A stretch of DNA of 64,000 bases, from positions 23,581-87,580 of the forward strand of contig MFRW01000005.1 of NCBI GenBank assembly GCA_001786575.1, given 5' to 3'. The translations under genes and the position numbers were made by a program. The notes beneath the pieces were generated by a model. That model made no database searches and had not been told where the DNA came from. It was given only the letters and a program-made list of their open reading frames with translations. This DNA comes from Candidatus Moranbacteria bacterium RIFCSPHIGHO2_01_FULL_55_24 (GTDB taxonomy: Bacteria; Patescibacteriota; Minisyncoccia; Moranbacterales; UBA1568). Position 1 is the stretch's first letter. Every line of letters starts with the position of its first letter. Positions 28,529 through 36,338 of the stretch are shown one piece after another.

Positions 28529-29434
28529 ATGCAAAACACAAAAAAATTCTCACGGAACCTCCTAGCGGCAATATTGTTTTTCTTGGTGAGCGCAGGATTC
28601 GCCGGCATAGCGGAGGCCCAGCAGCCAGGCACAACAGCCACTTGTCGAGCAGTAAGCGGGACCTGTATTCCTGGTAGTCCCCATCCGCAATATTCTAGTT
28701 GCGGTCATGATTGGGGGCGGCTGGATTGTGCGGAGAGTTACAAGTGCTGCACGCTGAAAACCAGTACGACATCTGCCAACACTAACGCTAACGCCAATAC
28801 CACAGGAGGCACTACTTCTCCGACAGGTGGCGGAGGAGGCGCTCCCAAAGCAGGCAACGGCGGCGGAGCAACTGCACCGAATGCTCTCGGCGGCGGAAAT
28901 GCCACATCGACATCGATAAACATTACGAATCCCCTCAAGTTCGAAACAGTCGAGGAAGTGGTGACGAGCCTTCTGGGGACGCTCCAGGGCATCGTCGTGA
29001 TTCTCGCCTTGGTATTCATCGTCATCGGTGCGCTTCTCTATATCACTTCGGCTGGGGATGAGGGCCGGATAAAGACCGCCAAAGCGGCTATCACGGCGGC
29101 GCTTATCGGTCTGGCTATCGCGCTGGCCGCGCCATCGTTCTTGAAGGAAATAGGAGGAATCCTGGGCTGGGGCGCAGTCGATAGCAGCGCCGCGGCGGGA
29201 GCGCAGACGCTCTCGGAGATCGCGATGAATGTCTTGAATTTCCTCCTCTCGATTGTCGGCGTACTGGCGATCATCATGCTCATCGTAGGCGGCATCATGT
29301 ACCTCACCGCTGCCGGAGACGAGGACCGGGTCGATACCGGCAAGAACATCGTGAAGTATGCGATCATCGGTATTATCGTGGCTTTCGCCTCTCTCGTGAT
29401 TGTCAGCCAATTGGCAAAATTCTTCGCACCGTAA
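28529..29434 (+). CDS. Tandem two-module VirB2/TrbC-like pilin with an N-terminal 6-Cys domain
   Basis: Signal peptide, 6-Cys module, T/N/G-rich linker, NPLK, two pilin modules (YITSAGDEGRIKTAK; YLTAAGDEDRVDTGK). Confidence 0.85.
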   Translation: MQNTKKFSRNLLAAILFFLVSAGFAGIAEAQQPGTTATCRAVSGTCIPGSPHPQYSSCGHDWGRLDCAESYKCCTLKTSTTSANTNANANTTGGTTSPTGGGGGAPKAGNGGGATAPNALGGGNATSTSINITNPLKFETVEEVVTSLLGTLQGIVVILALVFIVIGALLYITSAGDEGRIKTAKAAITAALIGLAIALAAPSFLKEIGGILGWGAVDSSAAAGAQTLSEIAMNVLNFLLSIVGVLAIIMLIVGGIMYLTAAGDEDRVDTGKNIVKYAIIGIIVAFASLVIVSQLAKFFAP

Positions 29435-29456
29435 AATTTGAGACGAGCGCAAAGAA

Positions 29457-29490
29457 AAAAGCGGTGAGTACAGATGTACTCGCCGCTTTT
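29457..29490. terminator. Bidirectional intrinsic terminator
   Basis: AAAAGCGGTGAGTACA-ga-TGTACTCGCCGCTTTT between convergent units. Confidence 0.75.
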
Positions 29491-29509
29491 AGTTGGGTTG
29501 AAGCAGAAT

Positions 29510-30103
29510 CTAATCCGCTTTCTGTGTGATCCTCATCACGATTTCTCCCTGGTTGCCCTCGAAGGCTCCGGGACTCGGGACGACATTGATGCTTATCCCG
29601 ATGCGCGATGGTTCATCCAGCACGAAGCTTCTTTTTCTTGGATCGAAGGCTTCGCCATGGTCGATACGCGCTATAGGCGCTGCCACGAGACGCATCTTCC
29701 TCACCGGTGCCTGATCGAGGAATTGCTTCTCGTACGGCTGGCCAGACCAGCTCTCGAGACTCATCCCTTGAGGAGGGATGGGCTGGGAGCTGATGATCCG
29801 GGTATGGTTATCATCCCAGATTGCCAGCTGTATATTTGCGCTCTGGAGCTTGAGCTTATAGGTTCCGGGCTCCAATTCTTCGGACATGCACCACCCGGCG
29901 CTTTTCTTCCAGAGTGTTTCATTCGGACTGCACGTGATGGTAGCGACCGTTTGGTAGCTAGTATCACTTTCCGAAGAAATCTTGGAAGCGATGCTTTGTA
30001 TGAGCGCGATCGCGATTATGCCGATAATGAACCACTTCAGGACGCCAACTTCGTTGAATTTCCCAGTGACTAGGGTAGCCACGGATCCTTTCGGGTTAGA
30101 CAT
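29510..30103 (-). CDS. Hypothetical membrane-anchored protein
   Basis: N-terminal TM, beta-rich remainder; translationally coupled to the SPFH gene via TAATG overlap at 30101-30105. Confidence 0.7.
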   Translation of the reverse strand: MSNPKGSVATLVTGKFNEVGVLKWFIIGIIAIALIQSIASKISSESDTSYQTVATITCSPNETLWKKSAGWCMSEELEPGTYKLKLQSANIQLAIWDDNHTRIISSQPIPPQGMSLESWSGQPYEKQFLDQAPVRKMRLVAAPIARIDHGEAFDPRKRSFVLDEPSRIGISINVVPSPGAFEGNQGEIVMRITQKAD

Positions 30104-31173
30104 TATTTTTTCTCCTGTTTCTGTCGCCGACGCTGGCGCAGATTCTTCTGAAGTTGATCCTCATCAGTTTTCTGTTCCTGCGTCAGATTGTTCATGAGTC
30201 CTGCAGCAGCGCCTGCTTGAGCAAGCGGGCTGCCGCCTTCCAGTGTGACAACGGTTCTCTCGCCTCGAGATGCCTGGACAGCAGCCAAAGCTTCTTGAAC
30301 CGAAAGATTTCCGCCACCTGCTTCCATAAGGTGCTTGACCTGTCTTGCAAGGGTAGCAGTATCGGCCATATCTGAATCAGCCTCTGCCTTTTCCTCTGCG
30401 ATCTTGGTTTTTGCAGCTTCCAATTTTTCAGGCAAGCGGATGCCGGCAATCTGGATATCACAGATGAGGATACCTGTTCCGGTTTTTTCCATCTGCTTTT
30501 GTAATTTCTCTTGCAAGTTATTCGCGAAGTCCTGGCGCTTTTTGGCTAAGTCATCATACGGCATATCTGCCACGTCGTCTCGGATCTGATCTTCAGCCTC
30601 GAGTTGGAGCAGCTTGACCGGATCCTCCACATTGAGGAAAAGCGAAATACTCTCCACTTTGTAGGTCAGGCTGATATTGACGGTAATCGGCAGGCCTTCC
30701 TTATCGAGTACTTCTGAAGGGTTGATATCCAAGTTTCTCTTTTCGATAGAAACTTCGAGGACTTTTCCAAGCGGTTCCGGCCAATGCCAGCACCACCCTT
30801 CGCGGAAGATCTTCTTCTCTTCGCGGCGCCCGAGGAAAATCGGTATGCCGCGGTGCGCGATCTTTACTATCCGGAGTCCGCGCCGGAAAAAGTTTGAACC
30901 GATAAACAAACCGAAGAGAGCGACAAAAATATACTGGAGGCTCATGCCGAATAGCTTGAGATCGTGCAGTCCGCCGGTCAAGAGGGAAATGATTCCATTG
31001 ACGAGGAGGGCGACCGCAATCGCTACACCGAGCGACCACCAGAAACCGATAAGCAGATTGTCTTCTTCTGCAACTTGGATAACAATCGCTCGTTCCTCCC
31101 CGATATTCGAGGCTCTACGAATGAGAGCATCATCGGACAAAGGAGGGGTCACGGGATTTTCTGTAGGTGACAT
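30103..31173 (-). CDS. SPFH/band 7 domain membrane protein
   Basis: SD AAGGAG before MSPTENP, two TM helices, IVK..HRGIPIFLGR..EGWCW.WP, GILICDIQIAGIRLP and a coiled coil. Confidence 0.82.
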   Translation of the reverse strand: MSPTENPVTPPLSDDALIRRASNIGEERAIVIQVAEEDNLLIGFWWSLGVAIAVALLVNGIISLLTGGLHDLKLFGMSLQYIFVALFGLFIGSNFFRRGLRIVKIAHRGIPIFLGRREEKKIFREGWCWHWPEPLGKVLEVSIEKRNLDINPSEVLDKEGLPITVNISLTYKVESISLFLNVEDPVKLLQLEAEDQIRDDVADMPYDDLAKKRQDFANNLQEKLQKQMEKTGTGILICDIQIAGIRLPEKLEAAKTKIAEEKAEADSDMADTATLARQVKHLMEAGGGNLSVQEALAAVQASRGERTVVTLEGGSPLAQAGAAAGLMNNLTQEQKTDEDQLQKNLRQRRRQKQEKK

Positions 31174-31332
31174 TCGAATTCTCCTTGAAAAGTTGTTAAG
31201 GTGCCTATTTTGGACGGCTTTTGGCCGCGTCACAGATCTAGGCACCGCCTAAACTTGTAACGTGTCACTATAGCATAAAAACGAATAAAAGTCAATAATG
31301 GGCTTGTATAAGCTAAAAAGGCGGCAGAGCGG

Positions 31333-31418
31333 TTGACAAGAGCTCGTTTTCCGGCTAGAATGGGCTTGTCCAGTCATGAGAGGTATGAAAGTTCGCGGAA
31401 GCGAGCTTTTCTTTTTTT
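31333..31418 (+). promoter_or_regulatory. nusA promoter and terminator-like leader (candidate attenuator)
   Basis: TTGACA-N17-TAGAAT (31333-31361), then hairpin AAAGTTCGC-GGAA-GCGAGCTTT with TCTTTTTTT (31388-31418), 50 nt before the start codon. Confidence 0.65.
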
Positions 31419-31467
31419 CTCGGGGCACGGATATTTTTTATACGTAATCAAGCTAATCAAGAATCCT

Positions 31468-32805
31468 ATGCCACGCAAAAAAGTGCAGAAGGAAGAAAAG
31501 GAAGAAGATGTGCAGGAATCCGGGAGCCTCTCGGGACGCCTGGGCGAATTCGGCAGCGCAGTGATGCAGATCGCTGACGAGAAGAGTCTCTCCAAGGAGC
31601 GTGTCCTGGAAGTAGTGGAAGCCGCTCTCGCCGCTGCTTATAAGAAGGACTACGGCAAGAAGGGTCAGGTGATCCGCGCCCAGTTCGACGAAGTCTCCAA
31701 GAGCGCGTCGTTTTTCCTCGTGAAGGAAGTCGTTGATGAGACGACTCGCGAGTTCGTCGAAGAAGGTGTCGAAGAGGAGGAAGAAGCGGCTCCGGCCGAA
31801 GAAGCGGCTGACGAGGACCGCCTGCCTCGCTACAATCCGGAACGCGATATCACTCTGGAAGAGGCGAAGAAGATCCGCAAGGATGCCAAAGTCGGTGAAA
31901 CCATCGAGATCGCTCTCCCGAGCGAAGAGAATTTCGGCCGCGTCGCCGCGCAGACCGCCAAGCAGGTGATCATCCAGCGCATCCGCGAAGCCGAACGCGA
32001 GACGATGTTCGAAGAATACAAGGAGAAGGAAGGCCAGGTCGTGAACGGCATCGTCCAGCGCGTCGAGGGCCGGAACGTCTTTGTCGATCTCGGCAAATCC
32101 ATCGGCATCCTGTTCCCGTCGGAGCAGATCGAAGGCGAGCACTACCGCATCGGCCAGCACCTGAAGGTGTACCTGGTGCGCGTCGAGTCCGATACCAAGG
32201 GTCCCGGACTCCTCCTTTCCCGTACGCATCCGGAAATGGTGCGTCACCTGTTCACGCTCGAAGTGCCGGAAATCTTTGCCGGAACGGTAGAGATCAAGGC
32301 GATCGCCCGCGAAGCGGGTTCCCGTACCAAGATCGCTGTTTCCTCCACTGAAGAAGGCGTCGATCCGATCGGCTCCTGCGTGGGCCAGAAGGGGACGCGT
32401 GTCCAGGCCATCATCGATGAGCTCGGCGGCGAGAAGATCGATATCATCGAATGGAACGAAGACCCGATCAAGTTCATCAGCGCGGCTCTTTCCCCTGCGA
32501 AAGTCCTGGGCGCCGAACTGTTCGAGGAGGAGAAGCGGGCCGTGGTGACCGTTCCGAACGACCAGCTGTCGCTCGCGATCGGCAAGCGCGGCCAGAACGT
32601 GCGCTTGGCAGCCAAGCTTTCCGGCTGGAAGCTGGATGTGACCAGCAATGGCGAGCCGGAAGCGGCGAAGGAAGAAGGCGCTCCGGAAGAAAAGGAAGAA
32701 GAGAAGGAAGCGCCGAGCGAGGAAGCTCCTCTCGTCGAAGCGGAACCCGTAACGGAAGCGCCTCTCCCTGAAGCGGCTCCGGAAACGGAAGAGAAGGAAG
32801 CGTAA
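31468..32805 (+). CDS. nusA: Transcription termination/antitermination factor NusA
   Basis: FGRVAAQTAKQVIIQRIREAER, S1 domain, KH domains (AREAGSRTKIAV, GSCVGQKG, LSLAIGKRGQNVRLA). Confidence 0.97.
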   Translation: MPRKKVQKEEKEEDVQESGSLSGRLGEFGSAVMQIADEKSLSKERVLEVVEAALAAAYKKDYGKKGQVIRAQFDEVSKSASFFLVKEVVDETTREFVEEGVEEEEEAAPAEEAADEDRLPRYNPERDITLEEAKKIRKDAKVGETIEIALPSEENFGRVAAQTAKQVIIQRIREAERETMFEEYKEKEGQVVNGIVQRVEGRNVFVDLGKSIGILFPSEQIEGEHYRIGQHLKVYLVRVESDTKGPGLLLSRTHPEMVRHLFTLEVPEIFAGTVEIKAIAREAGSRTKIAVSSTEEGVDPIGSCVGQKGTRVQAIIDELGGEKIDIIEWNEDPIKFISAALSPAKVLGAELFEEEKRAVVTVPNDQLSLAIGKRGQNVRLAAKLSGWKLDVTSNGEPEAAKEEGAPEEKEEEKEAPSEEAPLVEAEPVTEAPLPEAAPETEEKEA

Positions 32806-32831
32806 ATCAAAACTCTAACTGTTCCAAACAT

Positions 32832-33365
32832 ATGAATCTTTGGCACGAAATCTCTCCTGGCAAGAATGTCCCGAACGTGATCAATGTGATCATCGAATGT
32901 CCCAAGGGAACGAAGAACAAGTATGAGATCGACAAGGAAACCGGCCTCATCAAGCTGGATCGCGCGATGAAGACGAGCCAGGATTACCCGTTCGATTACG
33001 GTTTCGTTCCCCAGAGCCTCTGGGAGGATAACGACCCGCTCGACGTGGTGCTCCTCACCACCTATCCGCTCGCACCGGGCATCCTGGTGGAAGCCCGCCC
33101 GGTCGGCATCATGAACATGATCGACGGCGGCGAAGGCGATGACAAGATCATCGCTGTCCCGAAGGACGACCCGCGTTTCGACAACGTGAAGAACTTAAAC
33201 GATCTGAACCCGTACACGCTCAAGGAAATGCAGCATTTCTTCGAGACGTACAAGACGATCGACGGCAAGAAAGTCGTCGTGAAAGGATTCAAGAAGAAGG
33301 ACGAGGCGCTCAAAGCCGTGAAGCGCGGCCTCAAGATATATCAGGACAAGTACGGCAAGAAGTAA
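32832..33365 (+). CDS. ppa: Family I inorganic pyrophosphatase
   Basis: KYEIDK, YPFDYGFVPQSL, DNDPLDV, DDKIIAV, HFFETYK. Confidence 0.96.
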   Translation: MNLWHEISPGKNVPNVINVIIECPKGTKNKYEIDKETGLIKLDRAMKTSQDYPFDYGFVPQSLWEDNDPLDVVLLTTYPLAPGILVEARPVGIMNMIDGGEGDDKIIAVPKDDPRFDNVKNLNDLNPYTLKEMQHFFETYKTIDGKKVVVKGFKKKDEALKAVKRGLKIYQDKYGKK

Positions 33366-33427
33366 GCCTTTAAGTTGACGGTTCCGACCGGCGGGAAATT
33401 CCCGGCCGGAGCCCATTTGAAAATGCT

Positions 33428-34720
33428 ATGGAAGTCAAAGTGAAGAATCTGCCGGAATCTCGCGTCGAATTGGAAATCTCTCTCCCATGGGAAGAATGGA
33501 AGGGTGAGATGGACCATGCGGCAGAGAGTCTCGCAAAACAGGTGAAGATGGAAGGGTTCCGTCCGGGCAAGGCGCCGCGTGCCGTATTGGAGCAGCGCTT
33601 CGGACGCGGAGCTCTCCTCGCGGAAGCAGCCGAACACGCTGTGTCACATTCCTACCCGAAAGCCCTCGAAGAGAAAGCGCTGGATGCGATCGGCCGTCCG
33701 GAAGTGGAGCTCGGAACCGTCAAGGAAGAAGAGACACTCACGTACACCATCCGTACCGATGTCATGCCGGAAGCCAAGCTTAGCGACTGGAAAAGCGCGG
33801 TGAAGAAGATCAATAAGGAAGCCGGGAAGGAGCCGGTAGCCGTAAGCGACCAGGATGTCGCAGATGAGCTCGCGCGCATCGCCGAGATGCGAGCGCCGAT
33901 CATCACGGTTCCGAGAAAAGCGCTCGATGGCGATACGGTCCTCGTGGACTTCACCGTGCGCCAGGACGGCGTCGTGATCGAAGGCGGCAAGAGCGAGAAT
34001 CACCCGCTAGTTCTCGGGAGCAATGCCTTCATCCCCGGTTTCGAGGGCGAAGTAGCCGGCATGGAGGCGGGCGAAGAGAAAATCTTCACCCTCACCTTCC
34101 CGGCGGATTACCATGTGAAGCACCTGGCAGGCAAGCCGGCGGAGTTCACCGTGAAGGTACGTGCCGTCCAGGAGAAGCAGATCCCGGAGATCAACGATGA
34201 GTTCGCGAAGATGGTAGGAAACTTCGAAAGCCTCGCCAAGCTTGAGGAAAATATCCGTTCCGGCATGGCAGAAGAGCAGAAGACGAAGCGCAAGGAAGAG
34301 CAGCGCACCAAGATTCTGGATGTGCTCATCGACGGGGCGACGATCGAATTCCCGCGCTCGCTCATCGAGGAAGAGCTGGGCCGGATGCTCCGCGAATTCG
34401 AATCCCAGGTCCAGATGATGGGCATGGATTTCCAGGGGTATCTGAACCAGGTCGGAAAGAGCGAGGAAGATGTGAAGAAGGATTGGGAACCGCAGGCCAA
34501 GAAGCGCCTGGCGGCCCATCTGGTCCTGGATGCCGTGGCGAAGGAGTTGGAAATCTCCATAGAAAGCGATGAGATCGAGGCCGAGATGAACAAGACAATC
34601 CAGTACTACAAGAACGTGAAGGATATCGAGAAGAACATCGATCTTTCCCGGCTCTACACGGCTGTCCGCGGCCAGATCCAGAACGAACGGGCGATTGCCG
34701 AACTCGAAAAGATCAGCTAG
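33428..34720 (+). CDS. tig: Trigger factor
   Basis: GFRPGKAP ribosome-binding signature, FKBP domain (FIPGFE, FPADYH..LAGK). Confidence 0.96.
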   Translation: MEVKVKNLPESRVELEISLPWEEWKGEMDHAAESLAKQVKMEGFRPGKAPRAVLEQRFGRGALLAEAAEHAVSHSYPKALEEKALDAIGRPEVELGTVKEEETLTYTIRTDVMPEAKLSDWKSAVKKINKEAGKEPVAVSDQDVADELARIAEMRAPIITVPRKALDGDTVLVDFTVRQDGVVIEGGKSENHPLVLGSNAFIPGFEGEVAGMEAGEEKIFTLTFPADYHVKHLAGKPAEFTVKVRAVQEKQIPEINDEFAKMVGNFESLAKLEENIRSGMAEEQKTKRKEEQRTKILDVLIDGATIEFPRSLIEEELGRMLREFESQVQMMGMDFQGYLNQVGKSEEDVKKDWEPQAKKRLAAHLVLDAVAKELEISIESDEIEAEMNKTIQYYKNVKDIEKNIDLSRLYTAVRGQIQNERAIAELEKIS

Positions 34721-34820
34721 CCGCCATTGACGTTTCGGAAATCCCAGAGTAAGATAAAGGACACTTCAGATAAGAGTGTCCTTTTCTTTTCAGTATAAAT
34801 CCGAATAACAATATCTCTCT

Positions 34821-35405
34821 ATGCAAAACAACTATCTCATCCCGATGGTGGTAGAGAAATCGCAGTACGGCGAACGTTCCTACGACATCTACTCCCGCCT
34901 CCTGAAGGACCGCATCATTTTCATCGGCTCTCCCATCGATGACGGCGTGGCCAACGCGGTGATCGCCCAGCTCCTCTTCTTGGAATCCCAGAATGCCAAG
35001 GAGGACATCAAGATGTACATCAATTCCCCGGGCGGACAGGTGACCTCCGCACTCGCGATCTACGACACCATGCAGTACGTGAAGCCGGAAGTCCAGACCA
35101 TCTGCATCGGCATGGCCGCTTCGGCTGCGTCCGTGCTCCTGGCTGCCGGCAAGAAGGGGAAGCGCATGGCGCTCCCGAACGCCGAGGTGATGATCCATCA
35201 AGTCTTGGGCGGCGTGCAGGGCCAGGCGACCGATATCGATATCCACGCCAAGCACATCTTGAAGACCCGCGACCGGCTCAACAAGATCCTGGTGAAGCAC
35301 ACCGGCCAGAAATTGGCGAAGATCGAGCTGGATACCGAACGCGATTACTTCATGGCGGCTGAAGAGGCCGTGAAGTACGGCATTGTCGACAAGGTGATCA
35401 GCTAA
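34821..35405 (+). CDS. clpP: ATP-dependent Clp protease proteolytic subunit
   Basis: [27 protein letters not shown] (catalytic Ser), MIHQ, DTERD. Confidence 0.97.
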   Translation: MQNNYLIPMVVEKSQYGERSYDIYSRLLKDRIIFIGSPIDDGVANAVIAQLLFLESQNAKEDIKMYINSPGGQVTSALAIYDTMQYVKPEVQTICIGMAASAASVLLAAGKKGKRMALPNAEVMIHQVLGGVQGQATDIDIHAKHILKTRDRLNKILVKHTGQKLAKIELDTERDYFMAAEEAVKYGIVDKVIS

Positions 35406-35410
35406 CCGTT

Positions 35411-35443
35411 AAGCAAAAACCGCCATTAAGGCGGTTTTTGCTT
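35411..35443 (+). terminator. Intrinsic terminator after clpP
   Basis: AAGCAAAAACCGCC-attaa-GGCGGTTTTTGCTT. Confidence 0.75.
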
Positions 35444-35472
35444 TGTATAAAGCCAGAAACAGTCTTATAGTC

Positions 35473-35501
35473 TTGACAAAAGACTCTTTTAGGAGTATAA
35501 T
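35473..35501 (+). promoter_or_regulatory. Consensus sigma70 promoter
   Basis: Perfect TTGACA-N17-TATAAT. Confidence 0.75.
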
Positions 35502-35633
35502 AATAAGTTATTTAAAAATAGGTATCTCGTGACCGGATGGAGCCGCTTGCAGGAAAGCTTTTTCTGTAAGCGTACTCCCTCTGGGAGCCAAGTTTTCTGC
35601 TCAATAGTGAGCTATAACTATGGGAGAAATAGT

Positions 35634-36275
35634 ATGACCCGCTTTCAGTCCGTTTCCGGTGTCGCCAAGATGCAGGATGTCGGGAATTACGAACGCGAAC
35701 GCAGCGCGGCTTATGAGCGCAGGGCGCAGTATCACCGCGAAGAATACCTTCGGGATGTCGATACTACCATAGATATGCTGAAGGAGCGCCGGAGCAATGG
35801 AGAGAACGTGTACGCGCACATCCAGGCTACGGTCGGCGTGGTCTTCAAGCGCTTCATCGACGAACTTGCAGGGTGTCAGAACTTCTACGGGATTCAGGAT
35901 ATTTCCTTCAAGCTCTGCAAATATGTCGGGCTTAACATGCGCGAGTTCGAGAAGATCCATGCAGCTATCCTGGCCGCCTGGAAACGTCTTGACCGGCCGC
36001 TGCCGCCGAAACTCCAGGAGCGCCTCGAGACGCTCGAAGATCGGCAGCGGCACTATCTTGCTAATCGTAACAGGCCTCGCGTAAGCAGCGCTCCCTTGAA
36101 TAAGGGTTCGCTCCAGCACGTCACACCGGTCACCGGCAAGACGGCTAAAGCTCGGGCCAACGGTGTGGCCAAGCGTGTGGCCGAGAATCGTGCAGCGCGC
36201 CTCGCAGCCCAGCCGCCGAAGGGGTCGAGCGGCAGTAGCGGCCGCCCTGGCGCCAAGGACCAGAAGAAGAAGTAG
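35634..36275 (+). CDS. Hypothetical protein with a basic low-complexity C-terminal tail
   Basis: SD GGAG before MTRFQSV, 213 aa, own promoter and terminator. Confidence 0.7.
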   Translation: MTRFQSVSGVAKMQDVGNYERERSAAYERRAQYHREEYLRDVDTTIDMLKERRSNGENVYAHIQATVGVVFKRFIDELAGCQNFYGIQDISFKLCKYVGLNMREFEKIHAAILAAWKRLDRPLPPKLQERLETLEDRQRHYLANRNRPRVSSAPLNKGSLQHVTPVTGKTAKARANGVAKRVAENRAARLAAQPPKGSSGSSGRPGAKDQKKK

Positions 36276-36300
36276 GGATACGTTCCCAAAACCCGAATAC

Positions 36301-36338
36301 GGGCGTCGTAGGATAAAACCTGCGGCGCCCTTTTTCTT
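36301..36338 (+). terminator. Intrinsic terminator
   Basis: GGGCGTCGTAGG-ataaaa-CCTGCGGCGCCC-TTTTT. Confidence 0.7.

Noticed and set aside
29474-30073. 199-aa plus-strand ORF after the pilin array
   Set aside because: It starts inside a terminator and is antisense to an ORF with a TM segment and translational coupling
34757-34791. CIRCE-like inverted repeat before clpP
   Set aside because: Arms (GGACACT/AGTGTCC) and spacing do not match TTAGCACTC-N9-GAGTGCTAA; better explained as a terminator-like hairpin
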